Source of the DNA: a virus
Taxonomy: Duplodnaviria; Caudoviricetes
Length of the DNA stretch: 39,761 nucleotides
IMG/VR virus record: IMGVR_UViG_3300017780_000923
Coordinates: 1 to 39,761 of that record
Reading direction: 5' to 3' (one strand)
Shown here piece by piece: positions 9,973 to 17,435 of the stretch; within the stretch, counting starts at the first letter, position 1, and each line of letters begins with the position of its first letter. The translations under genes and the position numbers were made by a program. The notes under the pieces were generated by a model. That model ran no database searches. It was not told the DNA's origin and saw only the letters and a program-made list of their open reading frames with translations.

Positions 9973-10452
9973 ATGAATTTATCAAATACTGCTTGTGAAC
10001 TCATTAAAGCCTTTGAATCGGTCAAACAACAGCCATACAGATGTCCTGCTGGCCTGTGGACTGTGGGTGTAGGTCATGTCCTGTACCCTCACCAGGCTGC
10101 GCTCAAAATGCCAGAACGCATGGCATTCCCACTTGACTCAGAACATAACAGGCTTTGGAGTAGCGGAGGAATAGATGCAATATTTAGGAGCGATCTTATT
10201 AGGTTTGAGACAGGTGTACTTAGACTTTGCCCTAGCTCTGCTAATAGCCAAGCACAGTTTGACGCTCTGGTTTCCTTCAGCTTCAACCTGGGTCTTGGAA
10301 GTCTGCAATCTAGTACTCTGCGCATGAAATATAACCGAGGTGATACAGCAGGAACAGCAGACGAATTTCTTAAATGGAACAAAGCTCAAGGGAAAGTTCT
10401 GAAAGGTCTGACTAGAAGACGAGAAGCAGAAAGACTACTATTTTTAAGTTAA
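9973..10452 (+). CDS. endolysin, GH24 lysozyme
   Basis: IKAFES...PYRCPAGLWTVGVGH...QFDALVSFSFNLG...W.KA.G..LKGL.RRR.AE. Confidence 0.92.
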   Translation: MNLSNTACELIKAFESVKQQPYRCPAGLWTVGVGHVLYPHQAALKMPERMAFPLDSEHNRLWSSGGIDAIFRSDLIRFETGVLRLCPSSANSQAQFDALVSFSFNLGLGSLQSSTLRMKYNRGDTAGTADEFLKWNKAQGKVLKGLTRRREAERLLFLS

Positions 10453-10489
10453 AGGCGCAGAGCAGTTGAAGGAAAATTAATTAAATGGA

Positions 10490-11701
10490 GTGCTTATGCC
10501 TTACCGAGTTAATTTCGATTGGAAATCAGTTCCTGCTGAAGCTGAAGCTGTCTTAGAGAGCGACAAGCAAAGAGTTGCATTTCACCTACTTAGAACTGGC
10601 AATAGACCGAAGGACATTACTGAAGCTCTCGGTGTAGATCAAAGAAACTACTTCAAGATGGCTGCGAGAATTCGTGAGCTAATCCACAAGTCTGGTTACG
10701 ATCCTGTTCATCACATGACTTTGATTTCTCCGTCTCCGCAAGTAATATCGGGGCGTTCCTCATTAGTTAAAGTCGATGAGGACGGTAAAGAAACAGTAGC
10801 GATGTACTGGAATAAAACGAATGTAAAGCAAGAGTCTCAAGTTGCTGCATTCCGATCTGCTATAGAATCTCTTGCAGAAGGTATAACACCATTCGTACAA
10901 GTCCCAGCCAAGCAAGGTGCTTGTTTTGACTTACTTACTGTCTACACCCTGACCGACTTCCATCTGGGTATGTATGCCTGGCAGGAGGAAACAGGTGCTA
11001 GTTGGGATATGAAAATAGCAGAGGGTGTTTTATTAAATGCCTTCTCAGATATGATGAGTGGTAGTCCTGATTCGAGAGTAGGAATATTTGCTCAGTTGGG
11101 AGACTTGTTACACTGGGATGGAATGTTGGCAACAACACCCTCTGCAAAGAATGTCTTAGATGCTGATACAAGATTTCCTTTATTGGTACAGACAGCGATA
11201 AGTGTTTGTTTAAAAGTTATTGAGATGCTCTTACATAAGCACGACAAGGTTCATGTGTTGATGGCTGAAGGGAATCACGACACGGCTTCATCTGTGTGGC
11301 TACGCGCCATTATGAAAAATACCTTTAGAGATAATCCACGAGTCTCAGTAGATGCTTCGCCATTTCCTTTTTATCACTACAGATGGGGTAAGACTTTCTT
11401 AGGGTGGCATCACGGACATCTACAGAAAATGGACAGCCTGCCTCTGTTGTTTGCTACTGATCCACAATTTAAATCTGACTACGGTCAGTGTAATTTTACC
11501 TACATCCACACTGGTCATTTCCATCACACAAAAGTAATCGACAAGGGCGGGATTATTGTTGAGCAGCATCCTACTTTGTCTGCCAGAGATGCGTATGGAG
11601 CAAGAGGGTTTCTATACTCAAACAGAGAAGCCAAAGCGATTACCTACCACAATGAGCATGGAGAAGTTTCACGAAGCACGGTACGACCGAATTTCACATG
11701 A
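10490..11701 (+). CDS. calcineurin-like metallophosphoesterase with N-terminal HTH-like region
   Basis: TDFHLG, LGDLLH, GNHD, HHGH and GHFH motifs. Confidence 0.8.
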   Translation: MLMPYRVNFDWKSVPAEAEAVLESDKQRVAFHLLRTGNRPKDITEALGVDQRNYFKMAARIRELIHKSGYDPVHHMTLISPSPQVISGRSSLVKVDEDGKETVAMYWNKTNVKQESQVAAFRSAIESLAEGITPFVQVPAKQGACFDLLTVYTLTDFHLGMYAWQEETGASWDMKIAEGVLLNAFSDMMSGSPDSRVGIFAQLGDLLHWDGMLATTPSAKNVLDADTRFPLLVQTAISVCLKVIEMLLHKHDKVHVLMAEGNHDTASSVWLRAIMKNTFRDNPRVSVDASPFPFYHYRWGKTFLGWHHGHLQKMDSLPLLFATDPQFKSDYGQCNFTYIHTGHFHHTKVIDKGGIIVEQHPTLSARDAYGARGFLYSNREAKAITYHNEHGEVSRSTVRPNFT

Positions 11702-12135
11702 CAACTATCGTCTATGATTTAAAATTGAGACGTATTGCCTGTGATGGGCGTGTGACTCAGGGCGATGAAATCATTACAGACGAAGCGGAGAAAAGACTTG
11801 AGCTGGATAATATCGAGTTTTTTTTTGCTGGTGATGTCGGGTCTTTTAAAGAAGTAGCAGAAGCGTTCGTAAAAAAGACTCATAAGATTAGAAAAGGTTT
11901 AGATGCTCAAGCACTAGCGTGGGATGGTCTAGATTTATTCGATTTGAGTGCGGAGAAGGGTGTCTTGTCGTGGCATCCTGTAGTGGCTCGTAGAGGCTCT
12001 ATAGGAGGGGGTGCATCCTACGCAGCAGTAGCTCTGGATAGTGGCTGTACGCCCAAACAGGCGGTACTGGCAGCGATTAAAAAGCATACAGGCACTGGCG
12101 GGAAGGTTCGTAGCTATAGATTGAGATTGCGATGA
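11698..12135 (+). CDS. Ntn-hydrolase (proteasome beta/HslV-like) protein
   Basis: Begins M-T-T-I, then IACDGRVT, FAGD, IGGGASYA and GTGG; ATGA coupling to the upstream gene. Confidence 0.65.
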   Translation: MTTIVYDLKLRRIACDGRVTQGDEIITDEAEKRLELDNIEFFFAGDVGSFKEVAEAFVKKTHKIRKGLDAQALAWDGLDLFDLSAEKGVLSWHPVVARRGSIGGGASYAAVALDSGCTPKQAVLAAIKKHTGTGGKVRSYRLRLR

Positions 12136-12335
12136 TCGGTTGGTTAGCTAATTTACTTCAGATAATGGGCTTAATCTTACTCGGAGAACGAAGGGCTGCT
12201 GGTTGGCTATTTGGAATTGCTGCGGAACTTTTATGGATTATTCGAGCTTCAGATAAAGATATGCCAGACTTACAATTCATCTCAATTATCTACATATGCC
12301 TCGCAATCTATAATATTGTCAAGTGGGCAAAATAA
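12132..12335 (+). CDS. small 3TM membrane protein (PnuC/SemiSWEET-like half transporter)
   Basis: Three hydrophobic helices, GWLFG...LW motif and C-terminal W. Confidence 0.5.
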   Translation: MIGWLANLLQIMGLILLGERRAAGWLFGIAAELLWIIRASDKDMPDLQFISIIYICLAIYNIVKWAK

Positions 12336-12366
12336 ACTTATTTGTTTACTAGCATGAAGAAAGTGC

Positions 12367-12395
12367 TTTACAACAGTATATCTATGAATTAATGT
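12367..12395 (+). promoter_or_regulatory. sigma70-like promoter of the recombination operon
   Basis: TTTACA-N17-TAATGT, then a GGGAG RBS before erf. Confidence 0.5.
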
Positions 12396-12426
12396 AGCGA
12401 CTCATTCACAACGGGAGCTACACAAC

Positions 12427-12978
12427 ATGAAGACAATCCAATCGCAGTTAAAAGCACCAAAAGGCCAGTTCAATTCGTTTGGCAAGTATCGGTATCGTTC
12501 TTGCGAAGATATCGTAGAGGCTGTCAAGCCTTTACTGGCTGAAGCTGGATACCATCTTAATCTCACTGATGAGATTGTCATGGTTGGCACAAGGATATAT
12601 GTCAAGGCTACTGCATCAGTATGGAACGGTGCAGAAATGATAGGCTGGTCTGCTGCATTTGCCAGAGAGCCTGATGAGAAGAAAGGTATGGACACCAGCC
12701 AGATTACCGGCACAGCATCCTCATACGCTCGTAAGTACGCTCTCAATGGCTTGTTTGCCATTGATGACACGAAGGATGCTGACACCCAACCACCTGTCGT
12801 AGATGAGCCAATTAGTGATGACCAGTACCAAATTGTCATGGATTTGTTGGTAGAAACTGATTCAAACATCACAAACTTTTGTAAGCATTTCAAGATAAAA
12901 GAAGTGGTCAATCTCAAGCAGTCTGACTTCGAGAGAGCTAAGACAGCCCTGGAAGCTAAACTGGAGCAATCCAAATGA
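12427..12978 (+). CDS. erf: ERF family ssDNA-annealing protein
   Basis: LKAPKGQFNSFGKYRYRSCEDI...Q.TG.ASSYARKYALNGLF.IDD.KDAD. Confidence 0.9.
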   Translation: MKTIQSQLKAPKGQFNSFGKYRYRSCEDIVEAVKPLLAEAGYHLNLTDEIVMVGTRIYVKATASVWNGAEMIGWSAAFAREPDEKKGMDTSQITGTASSYARKYALNGLFAIDDTKDADTQPPVVDEPISDDQYQIVMDLLVETDSNITNFCKHFKIKEVVNLKQSDFERAKTALEAKLEQSK

Positions 12979-13574
12979 GACTAATACCCCATGAACAGAG
13001 AAGTCCAGAGTGGTTTGCTGCAAGGCTAGGCATACCTACAGCTTCAAACTTTGACCGATTAATAACCTCTACCGGCAAACCTTCTGCCAGTGCTGACAAC
13101 TACATCAATCAACTCGTAGCTGAGAGAGTCACTGGAGCTGCTGTAGAAGTCAAGGTTACTGACGCTATGCAACGTGGCACTGATCTAGAGCCAGAGGCTA
13201 GGTCGCTGTTTGAGTTCGTTACAGACCTTGTGGTAACAGAAGCACCCTTGTGTATGCACGATATCTTGGATGCAGGAGCTAGTCCTGATGCTTTCATTGG
13301 TGATGACTCTCTGCTGGAGATCAAATGCCCTTCTGGACATACCCATGTCGAGTATCTGAGAGATGGCTGTTTACCCAGCAAATACATTGCCCAGGTTCAG
13401 GGACAGCTATGGATCACCGGCAAGGTCAAGGCTCATTTCTTCAGTTACCATCCTGACTTCAAACCTCTGATGGTGGTTGTACAGAGGGATGAAGTGTTCA
13501 TTGCCAAGCTGGAAGCTGAAGTTGTAAAGGCTACCAATAAGATTGATGAATTAGTGAAGGAGTTTTCATTATGA
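12975..13574 (+). CDS. YqaJ/lambda-type exonuclease
   Basis: QRSPEWFAARLG.PTAS...M.RG..LEP.AR...GASPD...LEIKCP...Y..QVQGQLW. Confidence 0.9.
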   Translation: MRLIPHEQRSPEWFAARLGIPTASNFDRLITSTGKPSASADNYINQLVAERVTGAAVEVKVTDAMQRGTDLEPEARSLFEFVTDLVVTEAPLCMHDILDAGASPDAFIGDDSLLEIKCPSGHTHVEYLRDGCLPSKYIAQVQGQLWITGKVKAHFFSYHPDFKPLMVVVQRDEVFIAKLEAEVVKATNKIDELVKEFSL

Positions 13575-13723
13575 TGATGGAGGCTAGTTACAAAGAACTG
13601 TATGGAAAGGAATACCAATCAGCTTCTGAATACGAAAGAATACTTTGGGCTGATGCGTGGAATGCAGCACTCAAGGCGATACATACAAACTGTCGATTAA
13701 TGAAATACACGGAGCAAAAATGA
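13571..13723 (+). CDS. hypothetical protein (50 aa)
   Basis: ATGA-coupled at both ends; MMMEASYKELY...AWNAAL; below the ORF-track length cutoff. Confidence 0.45.
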   Translation: MMMEASYKELYGKEYQSASEYERILWADAWNAALKAIHTNCRLMKYTEQK

Positions 13724-13962
13724 CTTACGATAATAATAACTCAGGTGCTATCTGGCCTAATAAAAAGAAATTAACGGACAAACATCCCAAGTGGACTGGG
13801 AAATGTACGGTCGAAGGGATTGATTACTTCATGTCTTGTTGGGCTGGCGATAAAGATAAGCCTGGCGCACCCAGCTTGACCATCAAGTTCCAGAGAGCAG
13901 ATGCATTTAAACCAGTAGTTCAATCAATAGAAATGGAGGATTTAAATGACATCCCGTTCTGA
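13720..13962 (+). CDS. putative ssDNA-binding protein (DUF736-like)
   Basis: NSGAIW.N..K...HP...G......Y..S.W and an acidic DIPF C-terminus like SSB tails; GGAG RBS supports the start at 13720. Confidence 0.6.
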   Translation: MTYDNNNSGAIWPNKKKLTDKHPKWTGKCTVEGIDYFMSCWAGDKDKPGAPSLTIKFQRADAFKPVVQSIEMEDLNDIPF

Positions 13963-14167
13963 TTATCATTTTGGAAATGGACTGCGTGACTATCTAGACA
14001 GTCGTGGAGTAAGGCCTAGTTTCATTGCAGCTAAAATGGGTGTGAGTCCTCAGATGATGTACCAGTGGGAGCATTCCACTGACATCAGATTGCGATCAGC
14101 GATCAAGATTGCTGAAGCTCTAGAGATTTCGCTAGATGATCTAGTGTCTATCTGTTATGAAAAATAA
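13946..14167 (+). CDS. XRE-family HTH protein
   Basis: IAAKMGVSPQMMYQWE......I.LR..IKIAEALEISLDDL. Confidence 0.8.
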   Translation: MTSRSDYHFGNGLRDYLDSRGVRPSFIAAKMGVSPQMMYQWEHSTDIRLRSAIKIAEALEISLDDLVSICYEK

Positions 14168-14585
14168 CATGGAGTTCTGGAGAGTTGACAGCCAAGATAC
14201 GAAAGATGCTTTGCATAAATTCATTGACGAGACTTATGCTCAGAAAAAGTATATTACGTTTACATTGACCAACGAAAAAAGAGCATCAATCAAACAGTTC
14301 AATGCACTTCATGTGTGGTGCGAGCGTATGGCTGATGCTCTAAATGAAAGCGGTAATGATATGCGTAAGACACTAAAAGAGTCTGTTGCAATTCCCTGGA
14401 CGATGCTGACTGTCAAGTCTCAGATATGGAAACATATCCAATTAATTGTGTGTGGGAAGGAAAGCACCAAAGAACCATCACCCAGTGAGTATGCTGAAAT
14501 CTATGAAATATTAAACAGGCATTTCTCAGAAAAATACGGGATACACGTTGCATGGCCTCAGAAGGAATCCAGTGAAAAACAATAA
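14157..14585 (+). CDS. NinB-like recombination protein
   Basis: KQFNALHVWC..MA..L...G; STK motif; C-terminal V.WP; position next to ninG. Confidence 0.55.
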   Translation: MKNNMEFWRVDSQDTKDALHKFIDETYAQKKYITFTLTNEKRASIKQFNALHVWCERMADALNESGNDMRKTLKESVAIPWTMLTVKSQIWKHIQLIVCGKESTKEPSPSEYAEIYEILNRHFSEKYGIHVAWPQKESSEKQ

Positions 14586-14760
14586 CACTAAACTTGAAGA
14601 ACAAACGTACCAGATCGGCAGGAAAGCTCGAATAGCTGACTTACCATTGTCATCTTGCAATCTACACAGTACTGACTCAAAAAAGTGCTGGTGGGTAGCT
14701 GGGTGGCACGACCAAGATATGGAGTTCGGTGTTAGGGTCTATGTTAACAAGGCGGTGTAG
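14572..14760 (+). CDS. Rmf/CrpP-fold small protein
   Basis: YQIGRKARIA......CN........WWVAGW resembles RMF (GxxAxxxG...CPY...WxxGW); GTG start assumed. Confidence 0.45.
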   Translation: MKNNNTKLEEQTYQIGRKARIADLPLSSCNLHSTDSKKCWWVAGWHDQDMEFGVRVYVNKAV

Positions 14761-15331
14761 TTTTTGTAGAAAGAAGATACCAGCAGCGGGTGCTGTAGTA
14801 GGCTCGCTGAAGGCATTTTGTAATATGGAACACTTGATACAGTTTGCCAGGACGAAGGGTAAAGTGGTGTTGGACAAAGCACAAAGATTAGAAAAGAAAG
14901 CAAACAGTATTAAATTAAAACGTAGAGTCGAGTGGGTGAAGGAAGCCCAGGCTGCATTCAACAATTACATTAGAGAACGTGACAGGGGTAACGAGTGTAT
15001 ATCATGTTCAACCATCTTACCAATGGAAGATATAGTTGGAGGTGGTTACGACTGTGGACATTATCGGTCAACAGGATCATCACCACATTTACGTTTTAAT
15101 CTACACAATGCACATGGTCAATGTAAGAAATGCAATAGATACTTGTCAGGAAGTGTGACGAATTACAGAATTAAATTAGTAAAAAAGATCGGGAATTATA
15201 GACTAGATGCACTTGAGTCAAATCAAGAAATCAAGAAATACTCAATAGAATATCTACAAAGAATTAAATTAATATTTACAAAGAAAGCCAAAAGGATTAA
15301 AGCAAATGCTGATAAAAGAAATCAAAAGTAA
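14741..15331 (+). CDS. ninG: NinG/Rap recombination endonuclease
   Basis: N-terminal CxxC...FC, AQAAFNNYIRERD, CISC, DCGHYRS.G..PHLRF...N.HGQC..CN. Confidence 0.88.
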   Translation: MLTRRCSFCRKKIPAAGAVVGSLKAFCNMEHLIQFARTKGKVVLDKAQRLEKKANSIKLKRRVEWVKEAQAAFNNYIRERDRGNECISCSTILPMEDIVGGGYDCGHYRSTGSSPHLRFNLHNAHGQCKKCNRYLSGSVTNYRIKLVKKIGNYRLDALESNQEIKKYSIEYLQRIKLIFTKKAKRIKANADKRNQK

Positions 15332-15455
15332 TTGGTATATGTTGTCTAGTGATGGTGAAGCTGGTGGGCTAGTCTGGTTTGGTTATACTAAAGCAGAAGT
15401 CATTGGTAAGTTTACAAGCTGGTTGCGCAGGAAAGACTTAGAGAGTCTGAGATGA
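15306..15455 (+). CDS. hypothetical protein (49 aa)
   Basis: MLIKEIKSNWYMLSSDG...; fills the gap and is ATGA-coupled to the next gene. Confidence 0.45.
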   Translation: MLIKEIKSNWYMLSSDGEAGGLVWFGYTKAEVIGKFTSWLRRKDLESLR

Positions 15456-15655
15456 AATTCAAACAAGAAGATATTGTTTGCATTTTTGTTGTTTCATTAT
15501 TTATTCTTGCAGCTTGTGCAGTCAGCACATTTGACTATGACGATGAAGAACAGCAACGACAATTATATTGTAATATGTATGCGATATTTCAAGAATCAAA
15601 TGGCGAATACGGCTGGCCTGATTACAATTCTAACGCTGCGGAGATATGCGAGTGA
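15452..15655 (+). CDS. small membrane-anchored hypothetical protein
   Basis: N-terminal TM segment; YC..(x)..GWPDY....C. Confidence 0.55.
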   Translation: MKFKQEDIVCIFVVSLFILAACAVSTFDYDDEEQQRQLYCNMYAIFQESNGEYGWPDYNSNAAEICE

Positions 15656-15855
15656 AAAAGTATTTAAGCATTGTTGAAAACAGAAAGTTACTGACTGAAA
15701 GTTCCACAAGACAACATGAACTTGAAAACCACATTGCTATATATTTAAAGAAGGGTGGCACTATCACAAAAGTGGCTGACGGAGTTTCTGGTGAGACACC
15801 TACCAACAGAGCAAAGCCTTTTGTAATCAACAGACACACTTTGGAACAAGAATGA
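15646..15855 (+). CDS. hypothetical protein
   Basis: I..YLKKGG.ITKV motif; overlaps both neighbours. Confidence 0.5.
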   Translation: MRVKKYLSIVENRKLLTESSTRQHELENHIAIYLKKGGTITKVADGVSGETPTNRAKPFVINRHTLEQE

Positions 15856-16010
15856 GCGAAAGTCTTATTGAAAGAAAATGTCAGTGTGGTGCTGCTATGA
15901 CGCAAGTGCTGACATATGAAACACCAGATAAACATCCAGTTAGATGTGGTTGGTTCTGTATTATTTGTAGAGCCTGGGTGAAAGCAGTATCACGAGAAAG
16001 GGTGGTATAA
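15852..16010 (+). CDS. small zinc-ribbon protein (52 aa)
   Basis: MSESLIERKCQCG...GWFCIIC; ATGA coupling. Confidence 0.5.
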   Translation: MSESLIERKCQCGAAMTQVLTYETPDKHPVRCGWFCIICRAWVKAVSRERVV

Positions 16011-16042
16011 AAAAAGCCCCGCAGCTTTTGGCATTGGGGCTT
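16009..16042 (-). terminator. Rho-independent terminator for a leftward (antisense) transcript
   Basis: AAGCCCC/GGGGCTT stem with an A-run on its left, i.e. a U-tail on the minus strand. Confidence 0.6.
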
Positions 16043-16069
16043 GACTCAGACCACACGGGAGCGTAGTGT
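16041..16069 (+). promoter_or_regulatory. sigma70-like promoter
   Basis: TTGACT-N17-TAGTGT. Confidence 0.5.
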
Positions 16070-16495
16070 GAGCGATGTCGGTTGGATTGTAGTCCATCGA
16101 TACTGAAGGTGGCTAAAGATCGACTTGCCGACAGCGGCATTATTACCGATCTCTCCCCCCGAAAGCAACCAGTATCGATCAACATAGTCCTATATCGTCC
16201 AGTGTTTTAATGCAATGACTGTAACTCAATTGTAATGTCTACAGGACTTTAAGCTGGATAGCAAAATGCACTCAGGACTTGAGGAGCGACTGTCAGAATC
16301 TAGCAAGTGATTCTGAGTAAACTGGGTTAAGCGGACACCAATCGAGAAGTTCGATGGGGTTAGGTGAGTTGACAGACTCTCAGGATGAGGAACTGTTCCA
16401 GCAATCAGTGTATTTTGGATCAATGCAGGCAGGTATTCTCTACTGTACTACTAGGCTAGGTGTCCCAAAGCTCCTCATAGAATACTGTGGTCTGA
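16046..16495 (+). ncRNA. candidate large structured non-coding RNA (~420-450 nt)
   Basis: No + strand ORF of 60 aa or more; more than ten 6-11 bp complementary pairs, several with G-U wobbles on the + strand (see findings). Confidence 0.55.
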
Positions 16496-16563
16496 AAAAA
16501 GTGATACAAGTACAAACTCATTAAAAAAAGACAGAGTTTGTTCCTACGATTTACGGGAGATAT

Positions 16564-17424
16564 ATGGCATGGTTGATAAGCAAAGCACTTTACGAGAAAT
16601 GGCACTCTTCGCTGGAGCGGGAGGAGGAATTCTCGGAGGACACCTGCTCGGATGGAAAACCGTCTGTGCAGTCGAATGGGATATCTACGCAGCTTGCGTA
16701 CTTGCAGCCAGACAGAATGACGGCATTCTCCCGTCTTTCCCGATATGGGATGACGTTCAAAGTTTTGACGGTACAAAGTGGAGAGGACTTGTTGACGTGG
16801 TTTCGGGAGGATTTCCTTGTCAGGACATATCCGCAGCAGGGTTGGGAGCAGGAATTGAAGGAAACAAATCCTCAATGTGGAAACACATGGCAAGGATTAT
16901 TGGCGAGGTTAGACCTAGATACGCATATGTGGAGAACAGCCCAATGCTCACTTTTCGAGGACTTGGAGTTGTCCTTGCAGACCTTTCCAAGCTGGGGTAT
17001 GACTGTAAATGGGGAATTATATCAGCAGCAAGTGTTGGCGCACCACACCTCAGAGAACGTATCTGGCTTAAAGCCGAACAACGAGAATTTTTTTCACACT
17101 CCAAACACAACGGGGATGGATGGAGGCAGCAACAGCCGCAGAGCATTAAAGAAACGTCTACAGATATGGCCCACACCAACTCAAAGGGATTACAAGGGAG
17201 GTTACAAAACGGAATCTTTAATAAGGAAGGACGGGAAAAGCAGGGCAATGGATGCGCTACCAAATGCAATATTGGGAGGGCTTGGGACGGAAACTCAAAA
17301 TGGTGGAACGCTGAACCCGATGTGGGTCGAGTGGCTCATGGGGTGGCCTGTAGGGTGGACAGACTTAAAGCGATTGGAAATGGACAAGTTTCATCAGTGG
17401 CAGCAACAGCATGGAGTATTTTAA
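16564..17424 (+). CDS. C5 methyltransferase beta-like polypeptide in the overlapping frame (motif IX/TRD-like)
   Basis: 286-aa open frame; WPTP repeat-type motif and LNPMWVEWLMGWPVGWT (motif IX-like); GGGAGA RBS; its TAA abuts the helicase ATG. Confidence 0.7.
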   Translation: MAWLISKALYEKWHSSLEREEEFSEDTCSDGKPSVQSNGISTQLAYLQPDRMTAFSRLSRYGMTFKVLTVQSGEDLLTWFREDFLVRTYPQQGWEQELKETNPQCGNTWQGLLARLDLDTHMWRTAQCSLFEDLELSLQTFPSWGMTVNGELYQQQVLAHHTSENVSGLKPNNENFFHTPNTTGMDGGSNSRRALKKRLQIWPTPTQRDYKGGYKTESLIRKDGKSRAMDALPNAILGGLGTETQNGGTLNPMWVEWLMGWPVGWTDLKRLEMDKFHQWQQQHGVF

Positions 17425-17435
17425 ATGGAACTTAG
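16569..17435 (+). CDS. DNA cytosine-C5 methyltransferase alpha-like polypeptide
   Basis: LFAGAGG (I), GGFPCQD (IV), ENS (VI), RERIW (VIII), LKAIGNG (X); no motif IX in this frame. Confidence 0.88.
   Translation: MVDKQSTLREMALFAGAGGGILGGHLLGWKTVCAVEWDIYAACVLAARQNDGILPSFPIWDDVQSFDGTKWRGLVDVVSGGFPCQDISAAGLGAGIEGNKSSMWKHMARIIGEVRPRYAYVENSPMLTFRGLGVVLADLSKLGYDCKWGIISAASVGAPHLRERIWLKAEQREFFSHSKHNGDGWRQQQPQSIKETSTDMAHTNSKGLQGRLQNGIFNKEGREKQGNGCATKCNIGRAWDGNSKWWNAEPDVGRVAHGVACRVDRLKAIGNGQVSSVAATAWSILNGT

Noticed and set aside
13946-14167. Lysogeny module (XRE protein as CI/Cro)
   Set aside because: Single co-oriented HTH with no divergent partner; no integrase or att site recognised, so temperate lifestyle is unsupported.
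16180-16230. AACATAGTCC resembles the group I intron S element, and GACTGTAA resembles R
   Set aside because: The order is wrong (S before R), there is no interrupted flanking gene and no convincing P/Q elements. Kept only as an unassigned structured RNA.
15961-16423. Minus-strand ORFs 15961-16185 and 16226-16423
   Set aside because: Short, low-information translations that run against the operon, and one crosses a terminator. The RNA-structure explanation fits better, though small peptides cannot be excluded.
16011-16563. tRNA or tmRNA in the non-coding block
   Set aside because: No T-arm GGTTCGA within a cloverleaf and no acceptor stem or CCA pattern seen.
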